In this document: piece by piece, positions 17,384-25,371 of the stretch
How positions within the stretch are numbered: position 1 is the stretch's first letter
How the letters are laid out: every line of letters begins with the position of its first letter
Origin: Dehalococcoidia bacterium
GTDB taxonomy: Bacteria > Chloroflexota > Dehalococcoidia > Lucifugimonadales > UBA1123
Assembly (NCBI GenBank): GCA_963665255.1
Contig: OY762210.1
Coordinates: 130,866 to 194,865, forward strand
DNA length: 64,000 nucleotides
Direction: 5' to 3'
The notes under the pieces: model-generated
What the model was told of the DNA's origin: nothing
Databases searched by the model: none
Seen by the model: only the letters and a program-made list of their open reading frames with translations
Translations under genes and position numbers: made by a program

Positions 17384-18433
17384 TTAGAGGGGTTTGCGAG
17401 CCAGGAAACAGTACAACGGCGTGAAGATCCCGGTACTGCCGCCTGCGACGTAGGCGTTGGCGGTACCATCCATTAGTCTGATGACGTCCGCGGACCCTTT
17501 CGGGAAAACTCCCAACACCTCGGCCAACCTGGATGCGCCGATGAACAGCTTGCGGCCTAGCGGAACCCTGTACAGGGTGCTGCCCGGCGTTCCTTGCCGG
17601 GTTTCCATGGGCTGATACCACGGCGTGGTCGGACTGCTCTCCTCGACGGCCAGGTCATTCCCCTCGATGACCTGAAATCCCGCCGTTTCGAGGTCCCGGT
17701 TCACCTCACCCATAGTCGCGATCTCCTTGAGCGCGATGCCGTGCATTAGGTCCTGTTTGACGGCCCGGTGCAGATTGTCGTTGGGATCGAACTTGTCCGT
17801 CATGCACATTTCCTGACCCCAGAAAAGGGCTCCGGGTTTCAGAACGCGGTATATCTCGGCGAACGCGCCTGCCTTGTCCGGCGCATGGCATGTCGATTCG
17901 ATCGCGTAGCCTCGGTCGAACGTGTCGTCCGCAATGGCGTCCATGTTCATGAAGCTGCATGCAAGGTAGTCGACCATGTGGTCGATCCCCGCCTCGGCGT
18001 TCAACGATTTGGCCTTGTCCAGTTGGATTTCGCTGCTATTGACCCCTACGACCCTGACGTTAGCTTCCCGGACGACGCGGCGCATTGGGCCGCCGATCCC
18101 GCAGCCCACATCTACCACCGTCATGCCCTCGCTCAACTCAAGCCTGGCGATTATCAGTCGCTGGTGCCGGATCTTGGAGTCCTCCAGACTCTCGCCAGGC
18201 GACAACGGCGCGAAGTGGAGAGACTCGCCCCAGCCGAACACCATGAACTCGCTGCAAAGATCGTAGTACTCCCTGACGGTTTCGGCGTGGTTGTAGCCCG
18301 TTGCGCCGTCATTTTCTGCGGGCGCCCTGTCCATCCATCCATCGAGTCTTCTCACGCGACGGTGGGTGTCCGCCCCACGGTACGCGGCCTTCAGATCCTT
18401 GGATAGCTTGCGGAGTTGCAGGAGACTTTCCAA
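17384..18433 (-). CDS. Sterol C-24 methyltransferase (ERG6/SMT family), paralogue 2
   Basis: 349 aa. Region I is YYDLCSEFMVFGWGESLHFAP, the SAM site is VVDVGCGIGGP, region III is GYAIESTCHAP, followed by LKPGALF and the C-terminal GIFTPLYCFLARKPL. TTG start behind GGAGG. Lies 31 nt downstream of the MMPL gene on the same strand. Confidence 0.9.
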   Translation of the reverse strand: MESLLQLRKLSKDLKAAYRGADTHRRVRRLDGWMDRAPAENDGATGYNHAETVREYYDLCSEFMVFGWGESLHFAPLSPGESLEDSKIRHQRLIIARLELSEGMTVVDVGCGIGGPMRRVVREANVRVVGVNSSEIQLDKAKSLNAEAGIDHMVDYLACSFMNMDAIADDTFDRGYAIESTCHAPDKAGAFAEIYRVLKPGALFWGQEMCMTDKFDPNDNLHRAVKQDLMHGIALKEIATMGEVNRDLETAGFQVIEGNDLAVEESSPTTPWYQPMETRQGTPGSTLYRVPLGRKLFIGASRLAEVLGVFPKGSADVIRLMDGTANAYVAGGSTGIFTPLYCFLARKPL

Positions 18434-18464
18434 AATGCGGTAACCTCCGGTTACTTGGCGGAGC

Positions 18465-20948
18465 CTAGGACGTGCCCTGTCCCTCCTCGTGGCGCCTGAA
18501 CGTGTCCTCGATGGTCACGTCGAGCTCATCCCAGTAGCGTTCCACCATGGAGCGCAGCCGCATGTTCTGGTATGCGCCCCAGACCACCATCGCGGGCAGC
18601 ACCACCAGTGCGGAGACTATCAGCGAGTAGACGATCGTGATGGTCGCTGTGATGCCGAACTGTGCGGACGCCTGGAGCGGCGAGGCTATCAGCACTCCGA
18701 ATCCGAACGCGGTCGTCAGCGCAGATCCCAGCAGAGCGGAGCCCGTCGTCGAGAGCGTCCTGATTGCGGCCTGCTCGGGGTTGCGCAGGTGGGCGAACTC
18801 CTCCCGGTACCGGTGAATCACGTGGATGGTGTAGTCCACTCCTATACCGATAGACAGCGCCGTGATGATCGACGTAACCAGCGTGTAGGGAATGTCCAGC
18901 AGCGCCATCGTGCCAAGTACGCAGATGAGGACTAGCACGATCGGCGCAACCGCGACGATCCCCAGCGCGGGCTGGCGCAGCGTCACCCAGAAGAAGATGC
19001 TGAGTATGCCCAGGGCTGCTGCGACAGTGGTGCCGATCGACGCCGTCTGGCCAGCAGTGATCTGGTCAGTGACCGCGACCGCGACGATGCTCTCCGAGAG
19101 TGCTGTGATAGTGTCGTCTTCGCCGAACCAGAGCGCCTCGATCTCACCCTGGAGATTCCGGGTCTGCTCGGGTTCGTGCGTGTAGGTCGGGAAGTGGAGC
19201 AGCATCGTGTCGACGCCTGCCGGATCGTTGACCAGCAGCCACATCAGCTCGGGCTCTCTCGCGATTAGCTTGTCGACGAACTGCTGCATCAGCACCGGAT
19301 CGAGTTCGACCCCGGGAGAGGCTTCGTCAAAGAGCGCTGCCAGTTCTGGGTCGTACTTGTCGCCGGGCTCGCCGGAGTCGTGTGTCCAGTCTCGGACCAG
19401 CTCTTCATACGAGCCCGTGATCTGTCCACCTGCAGCCTGCGGTCGGCGCTGTTCGTCTTCGAAGCCGGTCGTGAGATCGTGCAGGTTGAGGAGCGTCCGG
19501 CTCGCTGTGATTTCGGCCTGCACCAGTACGGTGGCGACCTCCGTCGAGCCGCCGACCGCTGCCTCGAGGGTGTTCATGTCCTCGATCACGCTCCCACCTC
19601 TGGGCAGGATGTCCTTGATGCTGAACTCGGACTTCAGGTCCCTCGCAGCGAAGCCCATCACGACCGTTATCGCGATGATGACGACCAGGAAGGGCGCCGG
19701 CCAGCGCGTTACCCACACTCCGAGGTGTTCTGCCATCTGGCTGATGCCGGGAAGCGCGTTCGACATCGGGCGGGCCGGCTTCAGAGTGTCGCGCGACTCG
19801 CGCCGCCGGTCGATGATGGTGCGTCCGGCCGGGATCAGCGTCAGCATCACGATCAGGCTCAATCCCACGCCCAGTCCGGCGACGATGCCGAAGTCGCCAA
19901 TCACACCGATGGGCGAGAACAGCGTTGCCAGCAGGCTGACGATGGTCGTGACGGCAGCCAGCATCAGCGGTACTGTGACGTTCCGCAGTCCTGTCCTCAC
20001 CGCCTGCATTACCGGCAGGCCGGCGATTCGCTGTTCACGGTAATGCGAGATCGCCTGGATTGCATAGTCCACCGTCAGGCTGATGATGATCACGGGCACC
20101 ATCGCTGTGAGCGAGCTCGGAGGACCTATCAGGGACAGTCCATTCGGCCCGAGCCAGCCCTCTGCACCAACGACCCACGTAATCGACAGTATTAGGCCCA
20201 GCAGTGTCAGCAGCATATCCGAGAGCGCACGAGTGAACACGAAGAGCAGCACCGCTATCAGCACCAGCGCCAGCCCTATCAGCGGCGCCATTCCGGTCTC
20301 GGTGGCCTCCCTGTACTCGTCCTCGACGATCACCGGCGACAGGCTCCTCACGCTCAGCGGGCCCTCGTCCGCCGCCGCCATCTCATTTATCTTCCGTTCG
20401 GCGTCCCCGGTCCTATCTTCGCCCGTATCGCTCAGGCGTATGTTGGCGACTGCCACCGGCGTGCCGTCGGTGTCGGTGCCGGTCATCGCATCGAGCGCAG
20501 CCCCAATCTCCGGGACGTTGCGCACGGCGTCGATCTCCGCCTGCGATACAGACTCGAGGCTGCCCGTCTGGAGAACGGCGTTCACCACGTACGAAGGCGC
20601 GAAGATCGCGTCGACAGGCACCAGAAGCTGGCCTACGCTAGGATCGCTGATGACCTCATTGATCAGGGAGTCCATCTGTGCGAGGCCACCGGGTGTAAGC
20701 GCATCCCCTCGGAAGATGAGCGTTACGATGCTGACTTCGCTGGACTCTCCGAAGTGCTCATCTATCTCCTGTGTCGCGGTGACGATGGGGTGTCCGGGCG
20801 GGAGGAACGCCACGTCCGCGCCCTCCGTCGGCGGGACGCGCATCGTAGTGCCCATGGCCATCACAACGGTAAGGACGAGGAGAACGCCTATCGTGATCCA
20901 CGGACGGACCGTTACCAGCCAGCTCAACTTGTCGAGTATCTGATTCAT
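18465..20948 (-). CDS. MMPL/RND-superfamily transporter (two MMPL halves, 12 TM)
   Basis: 827 aa. An N-terminal TM is followed by a large periplasmic loop and a 5-TM bundle, and this pattern occurs twice. The motifs ...SLTVDYAIQAISHYREQ... and ...GIGVDYTIHVIHRYREE... are typical MMPL/HpnN-like repeats. Confidence 0.85.
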   Translation of the reverse strand: MNQILDKLSWLVTVRPWITIGVLLVLTVVMAMGTTMRVPPTEGADVAFLPPGHPIVTATQEIDEHFGESSEVSIVTLIFRGDALTPGGLAQMDSLINEVISDPSVGQLLVPVDAIFAPSYVVNAVLQTGSLESVSQAEIDAVRNVPEIGAALDAMTGTDTDGTPVAVANIRLSDTGEDRTGDAERKINEMAAADEGPLSVRSLSPVIVEDEYREATETGMAPLIGLALVLIAVLLFVFTRALSDMLLTLLGLILSITWVVGAEGWLGPNGLSLIGPPSSLTAMVPVIIISLTVDYAIQAISHYREQRIAGLPVMQAVRTGLRNVTVPLMLAAVTTIVSLLATLFSPIGVIGDFGIVAGLGVGLSLIVMLTLIPAGRTIIDRRRESRDTLKPARPMSNALPGISQMAEHLGVWVTRWPAPFLVVIIAITVVMGFAARDLKSEFSIKDILPRGGSVIEDMNTLEAAVGGSTEVATVLVQAEITASRTLLNLHDLTTGFEDEQRRPQAAGGQITGSYEELVRDWTHDSGEPGDKYDPELAALFDEASPGVELDPVLMQQFVDKLIAREPELMWLLVNDPAGVDTMLLHFPTYTHEPEQTRNLQGEIEALWFGEDDTITALSESIVAVAVTDQITAGQTASIGTTVAAALGILSIFFWVTLRQPALGIVAVAPIVLVLICVLGTMALLDIPYTLVTSIITALSIGIGVDYTIHVIHRYREEFAHLRNPEQAAIRTLSTTGSALLGSALTTAFGFGVLIASPLQASAQFGITATITIVYSLIVSALVVLPAMVVWGAYQNMRLRSMVERYWDELDVTIEDTFRRHEEGQGTS

Positions 20949-21107
20949 GGCGTTCCCTTGGGTGACACTGAATATAACCTATCTATGGACGAGGTTATTG
21001 TATTCATTAAGACAAACCCATAGATAGTACTATCTGTCATTAACCATGTAAATGACTGTGACGGCGTTGCCTGGAGCAATTGATGCGACCGTAGCTACGC
21101 TAGTCCC

Positions 21108-21770
21108 TCACACAGCGCAGCAGGCGGCTGTGCAGGTCCTCAGGCCGAACAGGCAGGGGCGGCAGGAGCATAACTGCAGCTCGTCGTCGTCGTGGTCCTC
21201 GCCGCGAATGCCCTCGAGCCCCTCCCGGACGAGCCAGGGAACCAGCAGCAGCGCCGTTACGGCGTCCAGCCACCACCAGCCCAGCAGCGCGTTGGCGACC
21301 AGCCCGACCAGCAGCGTGAGGGAGAGGTACGAGCAGGCCAACGTCTCCTTCGCCTCGATGGCGATGGACTGCAGGTTGCTTTTCGCCGCGACCTGTAACT
21401 TCCAGACGGCGATGAGGGGCATGAATACCACGGAGAATATCGCGAGCCCGATGCCGACCAGCGACTCCTCTGCGCCTGCCCGACCGGCCAGGGCCCACAC
21501 TGAGCTGAAGACGATGACCGCCGAAAGTACCATGAAGGTCCAGCCGATGATTCGTACGATACGGTGCTCGACCGCCTCCGCGTACTCGTGGTCCTCGATG
21601 CCGAGCCTCCAGAGCACGAGAGAAGCCGCGGCCACCTCTATGTAGCTGTCGGCGCCGAAGGAGACCAGCGCAATGCTGCCCGCGGCGATCCCCGACCAGA
21701 GGGCGATGACACCCTCTACGACGTTGTAGAGGACTGTCACCACGAGCAGGAATCTGGCGAAGTTAAGCAA
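21108..21770 (-). CDS. Cation diffusion facilitator-like membrane protein with Cys-rich C-terminal tail
   Basis: TM core LYNVVEGVIALWSGIAAGSIALVSFGADSYIEVAAA... is CDF-like. The tail reads DHDDDELQLCSCRPCLFGLRTCTAACCAV. I chose the TTG at 21770 behind GGGAGG; the ORF track start at 21929 adds an implausible Trp/Arg-rich leader. Confidence 0.7.
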   Translation of the reverse strand: MLNFARFLLVVTVLYNVVEGVIALWSGIAAGSIALVSFGADSYIEVAAASLVLWRLGIEDHEYAEAVEHRIVRIIGWTFMVLSAVIVFSSVWALAGRAGAEESLVGIGLAIFSVVFMPLIAVWKLQVAAKSNLQSIAIEAKETLACSYLSLTLLVGLVANALLGWWWLDAVTALLLVPWLVREGLEGIRGEDHDDDELQLCSCRPCLFGLRTCTAACCAV

Positions 21771-22306
21771 TGCCGTCGTCCTCCCACAACGAGTCCAGTG
21801 CGGCGTGGGAGAAGATGCGGACGGCGTGGACGCGTGTTGACCCTGCCCCGTCAAGGCGCACGTGGTCATTCCAGGCTGTCTCCACAGCAGCCATCTCCAA
21901 CTCCATCGGCTGCATTGTATCCGAATCACTCAGATCGGGTTTTGACTGTCCTCGGAAAATCTGAGATATGATTCGGAGGGCGCTGAATCGTCTCAGCAGA
22001 TTCGATCAAAGGAGGTTGGGGCAACATGGATGCGCTGTATGTGGCGCTGTCGCTCTCGGTGGGACGCAGGCTGTGGAGAGAGGCGGGCGGTAGGCTATAG
22101 CAGGCCGAGTTGCGAGTTTTCCCATTCGGGCTGGTATCTTCATGGACTCGCACGCGCACCGAGCCCAATTCCACAATCGTTTTCACGCGAATTTTCGTAA
22201 AGATCAGTAACGTGCGTGTATAATGTCACACAGTACGAAAACAAAGTAGGGACTGACACAAATGTGTCATGAAATTGGACGTTATGCACCCGGCGAGGAG
22301 GGTAAA

Positions 22307-25039
22307 GTGAGCAAAATTCGCTTGATGACATTACTGGTTTCGGTGGTGCTCGTGGCTCTGTTTGCGGCAGCATGTGCCAGCGAAGAGGCACCCGCGCCCG
22401 CGCCCACCCCGGACTTCTCGGCTCTGATTCAGCAGGCGATGCAGTCGCAGCCATCGGGGGCAACTCCAGATGAGGTCGCTGCCGCAGTGCAGGCCGCGCT
22501 CAGCGCCCAGCCCGGCGTGACCGAGGCCCAGGTGGCCGACTCGATAGCTAAGGCGCTGTCGGACAGGCCCGGCATCACTGAAGCGCAGGTGGCCGATGCG
22601 ATAGCAGGAGCCATTGCCGATCGGCCCGGTGTCACTGAAGACCAGATGGCGGGCGCCATCGCCAACGCGCTCACACAGCAGACCCCAGGTCTGACCGAAG
22701 CCGAGGTAGCCGCAGCGATAACCAGGGCGCTCGAAGACCGCCCCGGTGTCTCTCAGGAAGACATCCAGATGGCTGTCGAAATGGCCGTCGAGCAGGCGAT
22801 GACTCCCGAGCCGTTCAGGATCGGCGTCATGGACTCCCTCACAGGCGTGGGCGAGTCATACGGCAACCCGATCGTCAATGCCAAGCAGCTGGCTGTGAAC
22901 GAGATCAACGCCATGGGCGGCATCAACGGCCGGATGCTCGAACTGATCATCGAAGACTCGAAGTGCAACGCACAGGATGCGATCACCGCCTACAGGAAGC
23001 TGACCGACGTCGACGGCGTGAGGATCATCCTGGGCACGACGTGCAGCGGCGCGATGCTCGGCGCAGCTCCGCTTGCCGAGGAGGACGGGGTAATCCTGCT
23101 CTCGCCATCCGCCACCAACCCGGACATCTCCGTTGCGGGCGACTACATCTTCCGCACGGCAATAAGCGACGCACAGCTTGGAGCCGATGCCGGCAACGCA
23201 ATGTGGGTTGACGGCATCAGAAACCTGGCGACCATCACCGAGACGACCGACTACGCCGAGGGCGTTCGCAGGACCAGCGTTGAGCAGTTCCAGAAGCTCG
23301 GCGGCAAGGTCGTAGGCGAGGAGCGCTACTCATCCGACTCGACGGACTTCAGGACCCAGCTCACCAAGCTCATAGGCCTGGAGCCGGACGGACTGCTTCT
23401 TGCCGCCCAGGGCGAACTGCCGGGTGGAACGATCATCAAGCAGGCGCGCGAGCTGGGCTACGATGGCCCAATCTACACTGAGAGCGTACCCACGGGCGCT
23501 ACCGCGCTCGAAATTGCCGGCGACGCCGCCACAGGCGTGAAGTCCATCATCCCCGCGGATCTCGACCCGAACAACCGCACCGCGCAGGACATGCTGGCCA
23601 ACTTCCGTGAGACTTACGGCTACCTTACCCTCGCCTGGTTCCTCGGGTCGGCCTACGACACGGTGTACGTCGCTGCTGAGTGCCTTGGACGCACCGGAAG
23701 CGACCAAGACTCCAATGGCTTCCGAAACTGCATGAACGACATCTCCCACACCGGCACCATCGGAGTGGACTACAGCTTCGATGCCAATGGCGACGTGGTA
23801 GGTCTGTCCTACGCAGTGGTTGAGATCCTGCCGGTGGCCGAGCGCAATGACGAGAATCTGGGCTACAAGCCCCTCGGTCCTGCCCCAAGCACGTCGATGG
23901 CCATGGCGGCCATGGACGACGGCATGATGATGATGGACGACAAGCCGTTCAGGATCGGCGTAATGGAGTCGGTCACCGGCCCGGGCGAGACCTACGGACG
24001 TGTCGCCGTGCAGGCGAAGCAGATGGCTGTCGATGAGATCAACGCCGCGGGCGGCATCAACGGTCGCATGCTGGAACTGGTCGTCGAGGACGAGAAGTGC
24101 AACGCGCAGGACTCGATCACGGCGTACAGGAAGCTGACCGACGTTGACGGCGTGAAGATCATTCTCGGAACGTCGTGCAGCGGCGCGATGCTCGGAGCAG
24201 CCCCGCTGGCTGAAGCCGACGGAGTCATCATGTTCTCCGGCCTCGCCACCAACCCGGACATTGCCGACGCCGGAGACTACATTTTCCGTACGTCGCTCAA
24301 TGACGCGCAGCTCGGCATAGACACCGGCAACCTGCTCTACGAAGACGGCGTCATGACGCTCGCCACTATCACTGAGGCAACCGACTACGCCGAGGGTGTC
24401 CGCAGGACAACGGTGGAGCAGTTCATGAAAGTAGGCGGGGAGCTAGTTGGCGAGGAGCGATATGCCTCCGACCAGACCGACTTCAGGTCGCAGCTCACCA
24501 AGCTGATAGGAGCCAACCCCGACGCGATACACATCGCCGCACAGTCGGAGTTCACTGGCGGTACTATCATCAAGCAGATCCGAGAGCTTGGATACGAGGG
24601 CGGTCTCTACTCCGAAATCGTTCCGGTCGGTACCACCGCGCTTGAGATCGCCGGAGACGCCGCCACCGGACTGAAGGCGGTAATCACCGACCTCGATCCC
24701 AACAACGAGACGGCGCAGGGTGTGCTCTCGAGGTTCCGAGCACGATACGGATATATAACGCTTCCGTGGTATCTCGGATCCGCGTATGACGACGTGTACA
24801 TCACGGCGGAGTGCCTGAAGCAGACTGGCGACGACCAGAACGCAGACGGCTTCCGCGACTGCATGTACGGCATCACCTGGAGCGGCACGATTGGTGAGAG
24901 CTACAGCTTCGACGAGAGAGGCGAGGTTGTGGGACTGGCGAACGTGGTGGTCGAGGTGCTGCCTCTGGCCGAGCGCACGGACGCCAACCAGGGCTACACG
25001 GTCCTTGGTCCGGCTCCTTCGATGATGATGGGGAACTAA
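22307..25039 (+). CDS. Lipoprotein with two tandem LivJ/type-1 periplasmic binding domains (branched-chain amino acid/amide ABC substrate-binding)
   Basis: GTG at 22307 behind GAGGAGGG. Lipobox LFAAAC. The two homologous halves start FRIGVMDSLTGVGESYG... and FRIGVMESVTGPGETYG..., and both contain GGINGRMLEL..ED.KCNAQD.ITAYRKLTDVDGV.IILGT.CSGAMLGAAPLAE. Confidence 0.85.
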   Translation: MSKIRLMTLLVSVVLVALFAAACASEEAPAPAPTPDFSALIQQAMQSQPSGATPDEVAAAVQAALSAQPGVTEAQVADSIAKALSDRPGITEAQVADAIAGAIADRPGVTEDQMAGAIANALTQQTPGLTEAEVAAAITRALEDRPGVSQEDIQMAVEMAVEQAMTPEPFRIGVMDSLTGVGESYGNPIVNAKQLAVNEINAMGGINGRMLELIIEDSKCNAQDAITAYRKLTDVDGVRIILGTTCSGAMLGAAPLAEEDGVILLSPSATNPDISVAGDYIFRTAISDAQLGADAGNAMWVDGIRNLATITETTDYAEGVRRTSVEQFQKLGGKVVGEERYSSDSTDFRTQLTKLIGLEPDGLLLAAQGELPGGTIIKQARELGYDGPIYTESVPTGATALEIAGDAATGVKSIIPADLDPNNRTAQDMLANFRETYGYLTLAWFLGSAYDTVYVAAECLGRTGSDQDSNGFRNCMNDISHTGTIGVDYSFDANGDVVGLSYAVVEILPVAERNDENLGYKPLGPAPSTSMAMAAMDDGMMMMDDKPFRIGVMESVTGPGETYGRVAVQAKQMAVDEINAAGGINGRMLELVVEDEKCNAQDSITAYRKLTDVDGVKIILGTSCSGAMLGAAPLAEADGVIMFSGLATNPDIADAGDYIFRTSLNDAQLGIDTGNLLYEDGVMTLATITEATDYAEGVRRTTVEQFMKVGGELVGEERYASDQTDFRSQLTKLIGANPDAIHIAAQSEFTGGTIIKQIRELGYEGGLYSEIVPVGTTALEIAGDAATGLKAVITDLDPNNETAQGVLSRFRARYGYITLPWYLGSAYDDVYITAECLKQTGDDQNADGFRDCMYGITWSGTIGESYSFDERGEVVGLANVVVEVLPLAERTDANQGYTVLGPAPSMMMGN
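22454..22798 (+). repeat. Six tandem ~57-bp (19-aa) repeats in the N-terminal linker of the binding protein
   Basis: SGATPDEVAAAVQAALSAQ / PGVTEAQVADSIAKALSDR / PGITEAQVADAIAGAIADR / PGVTEDQMAGAIANALTQQT / PGLTEAEVAAAITRALEDR / PGVSQEDIQMAVEMAVEQA. Confidence 0.85.
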
Positions 25040-25159
25040 ATCTGTGTTAGTGTCATGGGGCTGACCTGCGACAATTCGCGGGCCGGCCCCATGTTGTGCT
25101 TGGAAAGGGTTATAAGAGTCCGCCCTCCCTCAGAGCCTGCCCCGTACTTGATCCGGGGG

Positions 25160-25252
25160 CTGACAAGGGTATGTACTACGCAAACCGTCGTTCCGGCGGA
25201 GGCCGGAACCCAGAGTCCACGAACGAACTATTGGTTTACATACCCCTGTGAG
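25160..25252. repeat. MITE/REP-like palindromic element (copy 1), inside a repeat cluster at 25090-25300
   Basis: Near-identical to the reverse complement of 55111-55203. Terminal inverted repeats are CAAGGGTATGTA...TACATACCCCTG, and the central hairpin is gttccggcggaggccggaac. Confidence 0.8.
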
Positions 25253-25371
25253 TTCCCTCAGGGTGAGAGCCTGCCCCGTACTTGATACGGAGGTGAAAAG
25301 CACGAGTCCCAACCTTTCTCGACCGGTCCTGGGAGAGGAGGACTGAACGAAGCGCATCGTCGAGGAGTCAC

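Noticed and set aside
12983-20948. Possibility that the sterol methyltransferase cluster is eukaryotic (host) contamination.
   Set aside because: The genes are intron-less and densely packed on both strands, with Shine-Dalgarno sequences and TTG/GTG starts. They are embedded between bacterial genes (TrkH, MMPL, CDF, Liv ABC) on one contiguous sequence with the same REP families.
25054-25093. GGGGCTGA... motif after the binding-protein gene, considered as a tmRNA 5' end or other RNA gene.
   Set aside because: Only the first 8 nt resemble tmRNA, and no tRNA-like acceptor/T-arm or tag reading frame follows. It is more simply a hairpin (atggggc...gccccat) at the start of a REP cluster.
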